DNA of 63,939 bases, the filler included, from Octopus bimaculoides (taxonomy: Eukaryota), in assembly GCF_001194135.2 (NCBI RefSeq). It is 6 parts of 6 records of this genome, joined end to end, with 100 filler letters (N's around TTAATTAATTAA, not from the genome) between each part and the next. Parts side by side here need not be neighbours in the genome. Positions count along the whole stretch, not along the records: positions 1 to 27,800 come from NC_068983.1; 5 more parts are not named here. One strand, 5' to 3'. Below are positions 12,660-26,889 of this stretch, one piece after another; positions within the stretch are counted from its first letter, which is position 1, and every line of letters starts with the position of its first letter. A program made the translations under genes and the position numbers. The notes beneath the pieces were generated by a model. That model was not told where the DNA came from and ran no database searches. It worked only from the letters and a program-made list of their open reading frames with translations.

Positions 12660-13265
12660 TTAGTTAAATGGCCATGATGATAATGTGATGAGAAGGAGAG
12701 CGCTGGTAAGCAGGAGAGCTGCACCAGGTTCCAGTTTTGGTTTAGTTTGGTTTCTATGGCTGGATGCCCTTCTAAACATCAACCACGTTACAATGTGTGC
12801 TGGGTGTTTTTAACATGGCACTAGCATGAATGCTTTTACATGGCATCGACATCAGTGCTTTTTTTATGTGGCACTGGCACAGGGCACTTGTACGCTTCTG
12901 CTGTGGAGGACAGGTTTTCTTGAGTACAGCAAGGTGCTAGATATCTCAGTCCTTTGTTATCTTCTCTGTAAAGTTTAGTCTCCTGAAGTTGTCCATCAGT
13001 ACTTTACTTCAACCCATGTCTTCCTGGGTCTCCCTCTTCCATAAGTTCCCTCCAATTTGAGAGATCAGCACTTTTTTATGGAGCTGTCAACATCCATCCA
13101 CATCACATGACCAAACCAGCACAGTCATCTCTCTTGCAAACTGGATCTAATTCCTCTTACGCCTAACTTTTCTCTCAACACACTAGCACACTGTTGCTGC
13201 ACATGTACACTTACACTGCACATCCAGCAGAGCATATTAGCCTCATTCCTCTCTAGCCTCTAAAT
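12660..13265 (-). mobile_element. RTE LINE 3' end (ORF C-terminus plus 3' UTR), degenerate
   Basis: Minus strand gives RLERNEANMLCWMCSVSV...LREKLGVRGIR...WFGHVMWMD...GRGRPRKTW, homologous to 43500-43897. It is followed by the GCCAGTGCCACATAAAAAAAGCAC and GAAGGGCATCCAGCC 3' UTR motifs. Confidence 0.85.
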
Positions 13266-13362
13266 GTCTGCTACATGTGTCACTACCAAAATATATATAT
13301 ATATGTTTGTTGTCTACATTACCTGTTTTCATCTTTTGTTTATTTTTGTGAATTCTCCCCAT

Positions 13363-13393
<31 letters not shown>

Positions 13394-13614
13394 NNNNNNN
13401 NNNNNNNNNNNNNNNNNNNNNNNNNNNNNNNNNNNNNNNNNNNNNNNNNNNNNNNNNNNNNNNNNNNNNNNNNNNNNNNNNNNNNNNNNNNNNNNNNNNN
13501 NNNNNNNNNNNNNNNNNNNNNNNNNNNNNNNNNNNNNNNNNNNNNNNNNNNNNNNNNNNNNNNNNNNNNNNNNNNNNNNNNNNNNNNNNNNNNNNNNNNN
13601 NATATATATATAGT

Positions 13615-13850
13615 TCGAGCGTGACCATTGCCAGTACCGCCTGACTGGCCTTCATGCGGGTGACACGTAAAAGCACCCACTACACTCTCTGAGGGGTTGG
13701 CGTTAGGAAGGGCATCCAGCTGTAGAAACTCTGCCAAATCAGATTGGAGCCTGGTGTAGCCATCTGGTTTCACCAGTCCTCAGTCAAATCGTCCAACCCA
13801 TGCTAGCATGGAAAGCGGATGTTAAACAATGATGATGATGATGATGATGA
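13615..13850 (+). mobile_element. RTE 3' UTR (or RTE-derived SINE) ending in (GAT)n
   Basis: GGCGTTAGGAAGGGCATCCAGCTGTAGAAAC...CATGCTAGCATGGAAAGCGGATGTTAAACAATGATGATGATG; highly similar to 61020-61215. Confidence 0.8.
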
Positions 13851-14427
13851 GGCATATATACAAAGATCAGAATAGTGATACTATATGATGAAATGAGAAG
13901 AGAGAGAAGTCAGTTGTAGGTAGGTGAATAGTGATGATGATAGTGTGATGGGGAATAAAATAGACATCTGCTGCTATCAAAATTAATGGTATTCAATAAT
14001 CAGAATTGTGGTTAATCAGTAAAAAGTTACTGGTATTGTATTTTGTCACCAAAAGCATAGCATATTGTAAGAAACTGGCATTGGAGTGAAACATCTGCCA
14101 TTTTTAAATTCATCTCTTACCAAATTTAGTTTTGCTTTTCAAACTTTAGTCATTGATAAAATAAAGTAGTTGTTATATTCTATGATTATTTCTATCATCT
14201 AACACAATGCTACCTTCCAAAATGTAGAACATACATAGTATCTCTGTTAGAAATTGCAAATTGACAAAAAGTATAGTGATAAGATTAACAGCATTGCTTT
14301 TCAAGAGTATATGAAAATAAGAAATGTTAGTGATAATCTTCCGACAAACAAAACTCTGTAAAATCATTTCAAGTAACAGCTAATACACATCATTACATAA
14401 ACATATTAATATTATTGTCTCTGATAA

Positions 14428-14640
14428 GGAGGTGAGCTGGCAAAATTGTTACCATGCCAGAAAAAAAATTAGCAACATTTATTTCAACCATACATTCTGA
14501 GATTCAAGGCTGCCAGAGTCAACTTCGACTTTCACCATTTTGGGATTGGTAAAATAAGTACCAGTTTCACAATGGGGATGAGGCAATCAACTTAGCCCGC
14601 TCCCTTGAAATCGTTGGCTTTGTACCAACATTTGAAACCA
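14428..14640 (+). mobile_element. tRNA-SINE family A (GCCTTTCATCC..GTCGATAAA..AAGTACCAG core), old copy, tail type 1
   Basis: GGTGAGCTGGCAAAATTGTTA..TTCTGAG..AAAATAAGTACCAG..GGCTTTGTACCAACATTTGAAACC; homologous to 28008-28210. Confidence 0.7.
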
Positions 14641-16122
14641 ATAGTATAGTCTTTGGTGGCTTTTAGTATGTAGGAAATAAAGTGGGTGGTGATATTCTCT
14701 TCTCAAACAAAGCATAGTTTCAAGTAACAAATAATTCACATAATTATATTTAAATCTAAGAGTGGTCTTTGGTGGCTTTAGTATTTTGGAGATATGAGAA
14801 GTCAAGAATAATCTCTTTGCAAGTGAAGTTCAGAAACAAATGTTCCAGCAACAGCTAATATATCTATGAACGTTATATTTATAAATGTTAATTGATTTCT
14901 TGCCATTGGGATTCATGTAGCAATATCCTTGATATTTTGCTATTTAAGACTTGCTTTCCCATTCTGGTATGGGTAGCATGAATTTTTTGAGTCAGAGTTT
15001 ACAACTGGGTGCTCTTCCAGTTGCAAACACATTTTTTTAGATATGGACTATATATTCTAAAACCATTGTACACAATAATTATTATTGTCTGGCAATAAGC
15101 AAGCTTCATTAGAATGACATATCATTGGCAGCAAATATCATTATGTAATTATGTAATTATGTAATTCATTTGTGATTTAATGATAAAAGGAAGGGTATCC
15201 CCACCCCACTGTATTTTTTTCCCTATGAAATTCAAGACTACTATAAAATGAATTATAAGAATAAAACAGGACTAACGGTTTAGTGTAGCATGAAATAATA
15301 CACCTCTTCTCTGAATGGAATTCTGGTCAGAATGTTTACAAAAGAATGAATCCACAAAAGATACCTTAGTGTCAGACTGTGCTGGGGTTACTCTGGCCAA
15401 TAGGTTATCTTAATATTATTTTCATCCGAGATATTTCTTATATATAGCAGCATTCTCATGAGTTGTCATTGAGCTCACAAACATTTATTATATGTATGGC
15501 ATTGTTTCAACACTCTAATCTACTACACCACTTTCAAAAAAAGTTTGAGGAAAGAAAAAAGAACTTAGAAGTTTCCAAATAAAACTAAAACCAAAAACTG
15601 TCAGGTTTATTTATTTCTGACAATCACAAGATTCTGGAATTTATCATGGGAGTGATGCAACGTCATTCCTGTCATTCCAACAATACTTAAAATACAGTGT
15701 ACTGAACAGTAGGGAATTTAACATTGTAAGCCCTTAATCCATAGATTTTTCAGAACTCAGCAATATGACATTTGACTCTGTATCAAAGATATTTATATTG
15801 ATGTAGCAACATTTTGCTATATGGGAAGAATTGTATATAAAGAAAAGCAAAAGAAAATAACAGTAACAACAGTAGTTAAGACAACAATAAAAACAACAAC
15901 CACAAATCACATAAACAGATCAACAGGTTGGCATGCATACTCAAATGCAATTCTCAAACATAGAAACACATCTTAAATTATTCTAACACAGGACACTTAC
16001 ATGGAATATGTTAGATTTAAAAATAATTCAAAATCATGAAGTAGAATTTTGCAGTAAAACACAAGATTACATAGACACAAACAATTATATATATATATGT
16101 ATGTATATGTGTATAGATATAT

Positions 16123-16156
<34 letters not shown>

Positions 16157-16424
16157 NNNNNNNNNNNNNNNNNNNNNNNNNNNNNNNNNNNNNNNNNNNN
16201 NNNNNNNNNNNNNNNNNNNNNNNNNNNNNNNNNNNNNNNNNNNNNNNNNNNNNNNNNNNNNNNNNNNNNNNNNNNNNNNNNNNNNNNNNNNNNNNNNNNN
16301 NNNNNNNNNNNNNNNNNNNNNNNNNNNNNNNNNNNNNNNNNNNNNNNNNNNNNNNNNNNNNNNNNNATATATACATATGAATATATATAAATATATGTGT
16401 ATGTATATATATGTATCTTTGTAT

Positions 16425-16471
<47 letters not shown>

Positions 16472-17069
16472 ATTTACATTAAACATGTACAATCACACAG
16501 CAGTAAGCATGTATAATGTGAAATAAGATATATAGTTTACCTGGGAAAGGTGATATTAAAATGTAGATCTGTCTGATATATCGGTCTATATGTATACATA
16601 TGTCAGTAAATACAGCATTAGATACACAAGCATGTATATATGTGTATGCATGTGTATGTTTGTGTACATGTGTATGTGTGTGCGTGTGTGTGTGTAAGAA
16701 TAACAATGTGACTGATTAGAGATGCAACGGGAATTTAGAGGTGAGATTAAGAGCAACAGTGGAGACTTGGTTCTTAATACTTTGGTAAAGAATGAGATTA
16801 AGGAAACATCGCTGTCACTAAATGAGAGTCATCTGCAGAGACACAAAGAACTTTTGCTAACATGAAGAATTGATGTATGCATGTAAAAATAGGTATGTAA
16901 TGCTCACTACACCAACTACAACACCAAGGGCTTATAATGGAATCCATTCAGTGGTTTTAGGATGGCCGAGAGACTCCAGCATAATAGATTATCTATACCC
17001 TTTACATGATACTAATAACAACAACTGTAACAGCAACAATGATAATCTTTTCTACCATATGTGCAAAGC

Positions 17070-17255
17070 CTGAAATTTGGGGGTGAGGGGACAGCATCTT
17101 GATAAGTTCCACCTTAGTGTTCTAACTGCTACTTTTATAGATTCCCAGATGGGATGGATGAAAGGTAAATTTGAACCCAAAAGCATTTGAATGAAAAGAC
17201 GGAAGAAATGCCTCTAAGCATTTTGTCCGATGTGCTGATCTTGTCACCTTGCCAC
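17070..17255 (-). mobile_element. tRNA-SINE family A, degenerate
   Basis: GGATGAAAGGTAAA..CTAAGCATTTTGTCCGATGTGCT..CTTGCCACC is the reverse complement of the family head and core. Confidence 0.6.
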
Positions 17256-17264
17256 CTTAGTTAA

Positions 17265-17310
17265 CATAATAATAATAATAATGGTAATAATAATAACAAT
17301 AATAATACTG

Positions 17311-17345
<35 letters not shown>

Positions 17346-17532
17346 TATAATAATAATAATAATAATGATAATAATAATAATATTTCACTTTCAATCCTAC
17401 GCAAAACACTTTCAATACAGTAACCATAAGAGCATCACAGCAAACCACAGCACATACCCAAGGCACACAGAGCTACGCTCAGTAGTGAAGTGAAAGCACG
17501 TTATAAAAATAAAACTACTGAATAATAATAAC

Positions 17533-17620
<88 letters not shown>
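17265..17620. repeat. Two (AAT)n microsatellite tracts
   Basis: Directly visible; source of the poly-I/Y/L ORFs. Confidence 0.95.
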
Positions 17621-17905
17621 TATGCATGTATATATGTAATGTGCATTCACACACATATATGTATAAAATGCAAGGTATGGCATAGGATATGCATGGTTAT
17701 ATTGGTGCAGGTTTTTGCACCATAACTATGTGGGTCGGGGTTCTTATCCCAGTGTATGACACCATATTTTTTTCAATAGCGTTGGGTTTATGGTTTGTGA
17801 CTGAAATTGGTAGACAGAAGCTATATAAAGCCTGTTACATTTGGGTGTGCATGCATTTGCTTGTGTGTGTGTGTGCGTGTTTAGATATATACGTTTATTT
17901 GTGTG

Positions 17906-17950
<45 letters not shown>

Positions 17951-18424
17951 TTATGTGCTTTCGTCAGTGCATGTGAATATTATCTGCATGTCAATGCATG
18001 ACACAATCTGAGTAAAGAAGAGATGTTATTTTTACATTCCTTGAAAACAATTATCTTGAAGAGATCAGTTAAAAATGTAAAAGCATTTCTTTTACTTAAA
18101 ACAGTTAAGTGCTAGTGACAGGAAGAGCATCCAACTGTAAATGAAAGCCTCACTTAGTTTTGGTTGTACAAAAGCTAGCATGGAAAAGTGAACAGAATAT
18201 AAACAGCTGACTAATAAACACAAATGTTCATGTTCAATCTTTTCAATTAATGATTGTTTGGTATTTCTTTTTCCTGTATATTATGATTCTAAGGAGACAT
18301 TAAAATTTGATAATAAAAATACATAGATGCCATCATGTCTTTTCTACGGGTCACTGGATCATATCAAAGCACCTAACCTATGCCAGCATAGAAAATGGTC
18401 ATTAAATGTTGGGTTGGTTGGTTA

Positions 18425-18486
<62 letters not shown>

Positions 18487-20651
18487 NNNNNNNNNNNNNN
18501 NNNNNNNNNNNNNNNNNNNNNNNNNNNNNNNNNNNNNNNNNNNNNNNNNNNNNNNNNNNNNNNNNNNNNNNNNNNNNNNNNNNNNNNNNNNNNNNNNNNN
18601 NNNNNNNNNNNNNNNNNNNNNNNNNNNNNNNNNNNNNNNNNNNNNNNNNNNNNNNNNNNNNNNNNNNNNNNNNNNNNNNNNNNNNNNNNNNNNNNNNNNN
18701 NNNNNNNNNNNNNNNNNNNNNNNNNNNNNNNNNNNNNNNNNNNNNNNNNNNNNNNNNNNNNNNNNNNNNNNNNNNNNNNNNNNNNNNNNNNNNNNNNNNN
18801 NNNNNNNNNNNNNNNNNNNNNNNNNNNNNNNNNNNNNNNNNNNNNNNNNNNNNNNNNNNNNNNNNNNNNNNNNNNNNNNNNNNNNNNNNNNNNNNNNNNN
18901 NNNNNNNNNNNNNNNNNNNNNNNNNNNNNNNNNNNNNNNNNNNNNNNNNNNNNNNNNNNNNNNNNNNNNNNNNNNNNNNNNNNNNNNNNNNNNNNNNNNN
19001 NNNNNNNNNNNNNNNNNNNNNNNNNNNNNNNNNNNNNNNNNNNNNNNNNNNNNNNNNNNNNNNNNNNNNNNNNNNNNNNNNNNNNNNNNNNNNNNNNNNN
19101 NNNNNNNNNNNNNNNNNNNNAACCCATTTATTCTATCCGAAGAATTTTTATTCATTAAGATAGAAGAAATACATATAATTATATATATATATATATATAT
19201 TCTATCTTCATGTAGGAATGAACAAAAACACTAAGTAATCAGGTTGCATATCACTGAAGATTAAGACTGTATGTATATGTATATATATATATATATATAT
19301 ATTACACTTAAACATTTATAATATTACAAGTCACTTTGAAGGTTTAGGCAGTTAAACTATCATTGAACTGCAGTTGGATGATGCTTTAAATAGCCATAAC
19401 TTCGAAGTCACTGTCTATAGTATTCTTGTTTAGGAATAATAATTTTCTACTCTACAAAAGTTTATAGTAACTCATCAGATTAATATAAATTTGTTTTCTA
19501 TAAAACTAGACATAAAGACAAACATTAACACTATGCACACACACACACACACACACATATATCTGCACATATATATATAAATGTTAACAAATATGGATAC
19601 ACACTTACATATATACATGCATATACATATGTATATATATATATAACGATGAAAATGTATATTACGGAATAAAAGTATTTACATAGACACAAGCATATGC
19701 ACACACAGAAATGCATATATGTATGAAGAGAGAGAGAGATGAAAGAAAAAAAAATTCCTGAATACTTCCGATTGGATTCTAAGCTATATATGAAAACCTT
19801 GCCAGCTCTGTGTGAAAACCCATTAAAATGCATTAGAAAGCATGAGTCATCCAAGACCAATATATATCTATTTATAGAAGATATGCATAGATGCTTGCCC
19901 AGCAACTAACATTTTCTGTGGGGATATATATATTTATTACCAGTACTGAGGTATTTGCACTATTTTTTAGGTTGTTACTTTCCAGCTCTGTACCTATACT
20001 TATATGCTTGTATATATATATATATATATANNNNNNNNNNNNNNNNNNNNNNNNNNNNNNNNNNNNNNNNNNNNNNNNNNNNNNNNNNNNNNNNNNNNNN
20101 NNNNNNNNNNNNNNNNNNNNNNNNNNNNNNNNNNNNNNNNNNNNNNNNNNNNNNNNNNNNNNNNNNNNNNNNNNNNNNNNNNNNNNNNNNNNNNNNNNNN
20201 NNNNNNNNNNNNNNNNNNNNNNNNNNNNNNNNNNNNNNNNNNNNNNNNNNNNNNNNNNNNNNNNNNNNNNNNNNNNNNNNNNNNNNNNNNNNNNNNNNNN
20301 NNNNNNNNNNNNNNNNNNNNNNNNNNNNNNNNNNNNNNNNNNNNNNNNNNNNNNNNNNNNNNNNNNNNNNNNNNNNNNNNNNNNNNNNNNNNNNNNNNNN
20401 NNNNNNNNNNNNNNNNNNNNNNNNNNNNNNNNNNNNNNNNNNNNNNNNNNNNNNNNNNNNNNNNNNNNNNNNNNNNNNNNNNNNNNNNNNNNNNNNNNNN
20501 NNNNNNNNNNNNNNNNNNNNNNNNNNNNNNNNNNNNNNNNNNNNNNNNNNNNNNNNNNNNNNNNNNNNNNNNNNNNNNNNNNNNNNNNNNNNNNNNNNNN
20601 NNNNNNNNNNNNNNNNNNNNNNNNNNNNNNNNNNNNNNNNNNNNNNNNNNN

Positions 20652-20712
<61 letters not shown>

Positions 20713-21339
20713 TGCACAGACACACATGCACACATATACACCACAGGTTAGTTGTTTTGTTTTTTTTATCAGTGAATGAGCATTCTGCAATTTATTGCTG
20801 AACAACCTGTATAGATAATATTCTTTCATAGTGATCAAATATTTGTGCAGCACTTAAGCTCACTCCCTTCATCAAATCAATATTGGCCCCTGAGATGCAT
20901 GGTATTCCATATCTCAAATGTCAAAATGATCACAAATCCATGAGGGAATAAACATATTGCACAAGATCACAGTCCAGAGATCAAACCCACAACCACTTGA
21001 AATATTGGGCCACACATATGCACAGAGTAAAGAGGTGTGCATAAATCTATGTAGGAAAATATTTATTTTCACAAGATATTTAATCACTAAGAATGCACAG
21101 TGACTCAGTGAGTCATCAGTGCTATAACTTTATATAAACTAAAGAAACATTAAATACTGGACCTCAGACTTACAGTATAAAGAATGTATGAAATATTTCC
21201 CGCAAATTGACCAATTGAAATATTGTCACAATTCACTTCATCAGCCAACGTTGAATAAAGACAATTATTCAGTTACACACTATACTGCTGTTGATGAGTG
21301 TAGAAATCAATTAGGAATAAGCAAAGGAACTAATGTGTA

Positions 21340-21585
21340 GATGCATGGCTTAGTGGTTAGGGTATCAGTATCATGATCGTAAGATTCTGGTTTCGATTCC
21401 TGGACTGGGCGATACGTTGTGTCCTTGAGCAAAACACTTCATTTCACGTTGCTCCAGTTCACTCAGCAGGCAAAAATGAGTAACACTGTGACGGACTGGC
21501 GTCCCGTCCAGCTGCGGAACACATACGCCATTGAAACCGGGAAACCAGGCCCATGAGCCTTGCTAGGCTTTAAAAGGGTACTTTT
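21340..21585 (+). mobile_element. tRNA-SINE with CORE-like block and a V-SINE-like tail motif
   Basis: A-box TGGCTTAGTGG, B-box-like GTTTCGATTCC, GTGTCCTTGAGCAAAACACTT, GCTCCAGTTCACTCAGC..AAAAATGAGTA and GACGGACTGGCGTCCCGTCCAG. Confidence 0.8.
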
Positions 21586-21777
21586 TTTAAATGTTTTTAA
21601 AGGAACTAAGTAATCAGCTAAGATATCACCAAAAGATACAAACAGATTTAGAAAGGTAGTGAAAGTTTATATACCAAAACATAAAAATAAGAATTNNNNN
21701 NNNNNNNNNNNNNNNNNNNNNNNNNNNNNNNNNNNNNNNNNNNNNNNNNNNNNNNNNNNNNNNNNNNNNNNNNNNNN

Positions 21778-21811
<34 letters not shown>

Positions 21812-24583
21812 AAGTGTGTGTGTATGTGTGTGTGTATGTGTGTGTGTGTATGTGTACATATACGGCCACCATCATCAACATTTTCAATGTCTTCTTCCTA
21901 TGCTCCTCACATGTGTCTAATGCAACATTTTGGAACTGATATTCTATCATTGGATGACCTTCCTGTCATCAACCATCACCAGTTCAAAATACGGTAACAC
22001 TTCCTCATGATCAAACATGTAATGAAGGAAGACTGGAAACAATAGAAGAGACCACATGTATTATGATATCAAACAATATCAAGCCAAGGAGACAATAAAA
22101 TACACACACATACACATATCCATCTCTCTGTCTGTTTATCTATATATCTATCTGTCTGTCTGTCTGTATATCTATATACACACACACTGACATGTATATA
22201 CAAATACATATACGTACCTCACACAAATACACATGTAACACACATAACACACACACACAGATATATGTACATATGAATAACATTATACATGTATATACTC
22301 ACACACACATGTATACATATAAATATATACGCATTCATATATATGTGTACATTTATATATGTGAGTATTTGTGTGTGCTTGTTCATGCATGTGTATGTGT
22401 GTGTGTGTATGACTGACTTCTATCAGTTTCTATCTCTCAAAGCTACTCACAGGACTGTTGTCAGTCTAGGGTTAGTGTACACTATACATACTCAAAGTGC
22501 ACTTTAGTGGAACTGAACCTGAAATCATGAGATTGAGAAGCAAACTTTTCACCACTCAGCCATGTTGGCATATACAACAAACATATGAAATCAAAGGCAA
22601 TCCATCCATTACAAATTCATTTTTTTGTGTAAGTGTTTCTTGGACTACATACTACATGTCTTTTATAAAATCATAGCCTCTGATTTGAAGGAAATGCATA
22701 TGCTATTTCTAGCATTTGGAGTGACTTTAGTCTCGTCATTGTCTCTTATTTAAAATGTAGTGTTTAAATCCTAGGGTTTGATATTTTAATTATGTTAGAG
22801 AATGGTTTAAGGAAATCCAACTGAATGACTATCTTACAAAATATATTTCTGTATATCTGTCTTCTACGGTACTGTATACATTTTATAAAACGCAGCATAT
22901 ATTGTCCTGTGTATAGCACTGTATTACAAATGTTGGTCTGTTTGTGACTGTCAGTTTTTTGTATATGTGCATACGAGTGTGCCAGTCTATGTGTCTATAA
23001 GCATTGTTATTTAGCTCATCAGCAGACAGTTCTAATGTTATTGGCCAATGACCAAAGGCATTCTTGACATCGTCATCTCATGTTTGACCAATTTGCTGGA
23101 AATTTAGATTTAGAACTACATTATCCAATGTCTCTTTCACAAAGACAGGTATTCGAAGAAGATTTTGCTACTATTTGTATCAAGCTGCACAACCATATCA
23201 TGACTTGCTTGTTGGTACTTGTATGTGGATGTCTGTATAATATTTGTATATGGATATCTGCTGCAATGAAAGAGAAGAGAGCAAGATTGTTTTTCAATGT
23301 ATGTGCAAATGTGTGTATATGAGTAGGTGTCTAATGTATTTATTCATATATGTTTAAGTATCTGTCAAACTCTAATAAAATCATCTCTCAATGTGGTGTA
23401 CTTCTGTGTTGTTATCTGTATGTATGTGTGCATTTGTGTGTATTTGTGTGTGTTTAAGTGTGTATGATTGTGTGTGTCTGTCAGTTTATATGTATTTGAG
23501 TATATGTGTGTATTTGTGCACATATATGTGTATATGTGTGTGTTTATCTGTGTGAATGTATGTATGCATTTCTCTATCTGTGTGTACATGTACATATGTG
23601 TGCATTTATCTATATTCATATATGTGTGCTTATATGTGCATTTATCTGTTTATGTGTGTACTCATGTGTCTACCTGTATGTACATATGTTTATATATGCC
23701 TGTCTGCAAAAATATTATATTGACAATTAAAAACAGTATTTTAATATTTGGAAAAATAAACAAATAAATAAATAAAAGCATTGAAACTGAAGAAATCGGC
23801 TATAATATTGTTTCTTCCTCATTAGTTTACAATGGTGAGCATGGAATAAGATGGAAAATATCTAAAGTTTTATTGTTAAAGAAGCATTTCAATATTTTTC
23901 CTAAGTACTAATTGCACATCTGGGGGCAGTATTAGATTTCAATCATAACAAATACCCAACATCATGTTTCCTTCTGATACATGAAATAGGTATGGTCTAT
24001 TTAAAGTGCAGGCATGACTGTATGGTTAGAAAGGTTGCCTTACAATCACATGATTCCAGCTAGAATTTATTCTTATCATCCTATTTGTAATGTGTCATGA
24101 AGAAAAGCATTTGATTTTCTTAGGGTGTAATACAGACTGAATTCATGACCATGAGATTATGATATTTACTTCAACACTACATCCTTCTCAGTTTGATAAA
24201 CTACACAGAACCTAGAATATGTGTCTTCTATCAAGCCTCTAATTAATTGATAACTTTCAAATAGAATTTATTAAACAAAAACTGTTTCCACGTCCAGTGT
24301 GTACCTAGGATCAGAAAAAATGAGCCACATAGCTTATCACTACTTGGGTGCACTATTAGTGTACTTTGGGTCCACTTTGTTGCGAGTTGTTAGTCAGTGG
24401 TAATTATTTACCTCAGTACCTTTTGGAGATCATGTCAAATAATCATCCAAACAAAACAGACAAAAGTTTGATGTGATATTCAACTTGAGTAATAGAGTAA
24501 GATAGCTGAAATGAATAGAGGAATAGACAGAAAATACCAAGTTTGTTTCATAATATCAATGCATCATACAAACTGTGGTAAGT

Positions 24584-24800
24584 ACTCTTTTACTCTTTTA
24601 CTTGTTTCAGTCATTTGACTGCAGCCATGCTGGAGCACCACCTTTAGTCGAGCAGATCGACTCCAGGACTTATTCTTTGTAAGCCTAGTACTTATTCCAT
24701 CGGTCTCTTTTGCCGAACCGCTAAGTTACGGGAGCGTAAACACACCAACATTGGTTGTTAAGTGATGTTGGGGGGACAAACACAGACACACATATATATG

Positions 24801-24860
<60 letters not shown>

Positions 24861-25022
24861 TACAATGGGCTTCTTTCAGATTCCGTCTACCAAATCCACT
24901 CACAAGGCTTTGGTCAGCCCGAAGCTATAGTAGAAGACACTTGCCCAAGGTACCATGCAGTGGGACTGAATCCAGAACCATGTGGTTGGTAAGCAAGCTA
25001 TTTACCACACAGCCACTCCTGG
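24584..25022 (-). mobile_element. Full-length CORE-type tRNA-SINE (OR1/OR2-like) with internal (TA)n
   Basis: Minus strand: GGAGTGGCTGTGTGGTAA head, GGTTCTGGATTCAGTCCC B-box region, CCTTGGGCAAGTGTCTT CORE, internal microsatellite, and a tail ending in (TAAAAGAG) repeats. Confidence 0.85.
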
Positions 25023-25389
25023 AAGAAGAGATTAGAAATCAGGATTTTATGTAGGTGGTGGTGGTGGTGATGATGATTGGGAAATAGATGAGGAGAAGTA
25101 GGATGAAGAGGAAAATAAGGAGGAGAAGAAGGAAGAGGAGGAGAACTATAGTGAATGACATTGACATAGTTAATACACAATAAAGTATGCTGTAAGTAAA
25201 ATTTCAGTAAATCTCCTTTAAAACATAATGTAATAAAATCTAGTATAGATTCAAGCAAAACTAATCAGTTTAAAACAAAATCTGAGATTTAGTTAGAGTA
25301 CTGAACATTGTTTTCAATAAACAACACAAAAATATATATGCTAGCACTGTGATTGTAATTTCAGCTATTGTTTATGTTATTGGTGACAT

Positions 25390-25710
25390 CAGTCAGGTAT
25401 TGTTTTTCCTCAATGAATTGTTGGTTATCCTCAGTCATGTGTTGGTTACCTTCAATCAAAATTTGATTCTCTGTAATCCCGTTTGTTAATTCCAATCAAG
25501 TATTAGCTGCCCCAGTTAGGTTTTGGTTGCCCCAGTTAAGTTTTTGTTATCCCCATTCAGACACTACTTGTGTTGGTTACACTTTTATAATGAAATGTTG
25601 GTAACCTTCTGTTAGGTGTGGGTTTCCCTCAGTTATGTGTTAATGAACCTCAGTCAAGAATTGATTATCCTTGATCATGATTTTGTAATTCTTCAGTTAG
25701 TTTTCTCTCA
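25390..25710. repeat. Cryptic, decayed ~20-21-bp minisatellite (consensus approx. TGTTGGTTACCCTCAGTCAGG)
   Basis: Units such as GTTGGTTATCCTCAGTCATGT, GTTGGTTACCTTCAATCAAAA, TTGGTTGCCCCAGTTAAGTT and GGGTTTCCCTCAGTTATGTG. Confidence 0.6.
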
Positions 25711-26291
25711 GATATGGATCATAATCTTAAGCTGTCTGTTAATATATTTGGTAAAACTGATTAATACTTAGAAAATATCTTTCAATCATTACAAAGTAGG
25801 AACCATATTCAGCAAATCCATCAATATAAAATTGTGTCATAGAAAGTTGTTACTGGTTAACCACAAATAAAGCATTTGTCTTCAAAATGAGTAAAAAGTG
25901 CAAATCACTCAGATAATGTCTGTTCTCCCAATTGAATTCTTAACAGATGTTAGAATCAAATGTCATATATTTTTTATAATCCATAGTTCCTCTAATATTA
26001 AAGTCCTTCACAGTAAATTATTATAGTTTAACATGAGACAAACATTGATGTAGATGGCTCCAGTATTTAACAGAGATCCCATCATGTCTACATACTCCTA
26101 TTCCGTGACATTATGGATCTAAAACATTATATTATTCAATATTGATTTTCAAGTTGTTAGGAAGAAAGCTTTGACAGCTATTTCTGGCAGGCAAAAATGT
26201 TCACAAAGAAGTTCCTTCATTTTCCTGTTAAAGTAACCTTAGGAGACAAGGCTTTCAGTCAGTGCCTGATAGTTAATTCAGTATTGTGATA

Positions 26292-26520
26292 TTAACTCTT
26301 ATGATACCAAACCACTGAAACCAACCCTGGCTCAATGATAAAAAGTCTTTACTTTGAAATTATTTAAATTAAAATCTTCCATTAAAATTCCATGTTAATT
26401 TATATTCCCAACACCAGATTAAATTATGACAATGATATTTTACTAAATTCTTCATAAATTTCAAAATTAATTGGGAAAAAGTAGAGTATTTCAGTAGACA
26501 TATAGCAACAAAATTGTTAA
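26292..26520. mobile_element. piggyBac-type MITE, degenerate
   Basis: Bounded by TTAA at both ends, with imperfect termini TTAACTCTTATGATACCA ... TAGCAACAAAATTGTTAA. No coding capacity. Confidence 0.5.
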
Positions 26521-26889
26521 ATAGATATTATTAATGAAGCAACTAGAATGCTATTAACCAAGCAACATAACCTCTTAGCCTTATGGAAATCATAAACTAA
26601 TTTCTATCGAAGTATATTCTACTATCTTAAGAAATTGCAGGATGTATTAGAGAATATAATCCAAGATATATTTCTAAGAAAATGAGGAAATCACAGCAGG
26701 TGTGCATTTGATCACTAAGTCTCTTTAATCAAGGTTAATCTGCATTAAACTGCAGCTCTTTCAATAGCTAACAGAAGGAAATAAACTATCATTATAGAGA
26801 ATTCTATTTAATTGGATGAGTTAATAATGTGCATAATTGAAAATAAACAAATAAAACACTGGTTATATGAAGATATCAATTATGACATA

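Noticed and set aside
16715-16868. Open frame LEMQREFRGEIKSNSGD...HKELLLT* reminiscent of zinc-finger-gene N-termini
   Set aside because: It is short, has no C2H2 fingers and no convincing splice sites.
21340-21420. tRNA-like A/B boxes here and in other SINE heads as tRNA genes
   Set aside because: No full cloverleaf could be drawn; each continues into a SINE core and tail.
24417-24505. Minus-strand segment with a good acceptor (CATTTCAG) and a donor, ending ATG ATC TCC AAA AG in phase 2, as a possible first coding exon
   Set aside because: The donor is weak (GTACTG), it lies 13 kb from the next candidate, and all frames are closed upstream. Too speculative.
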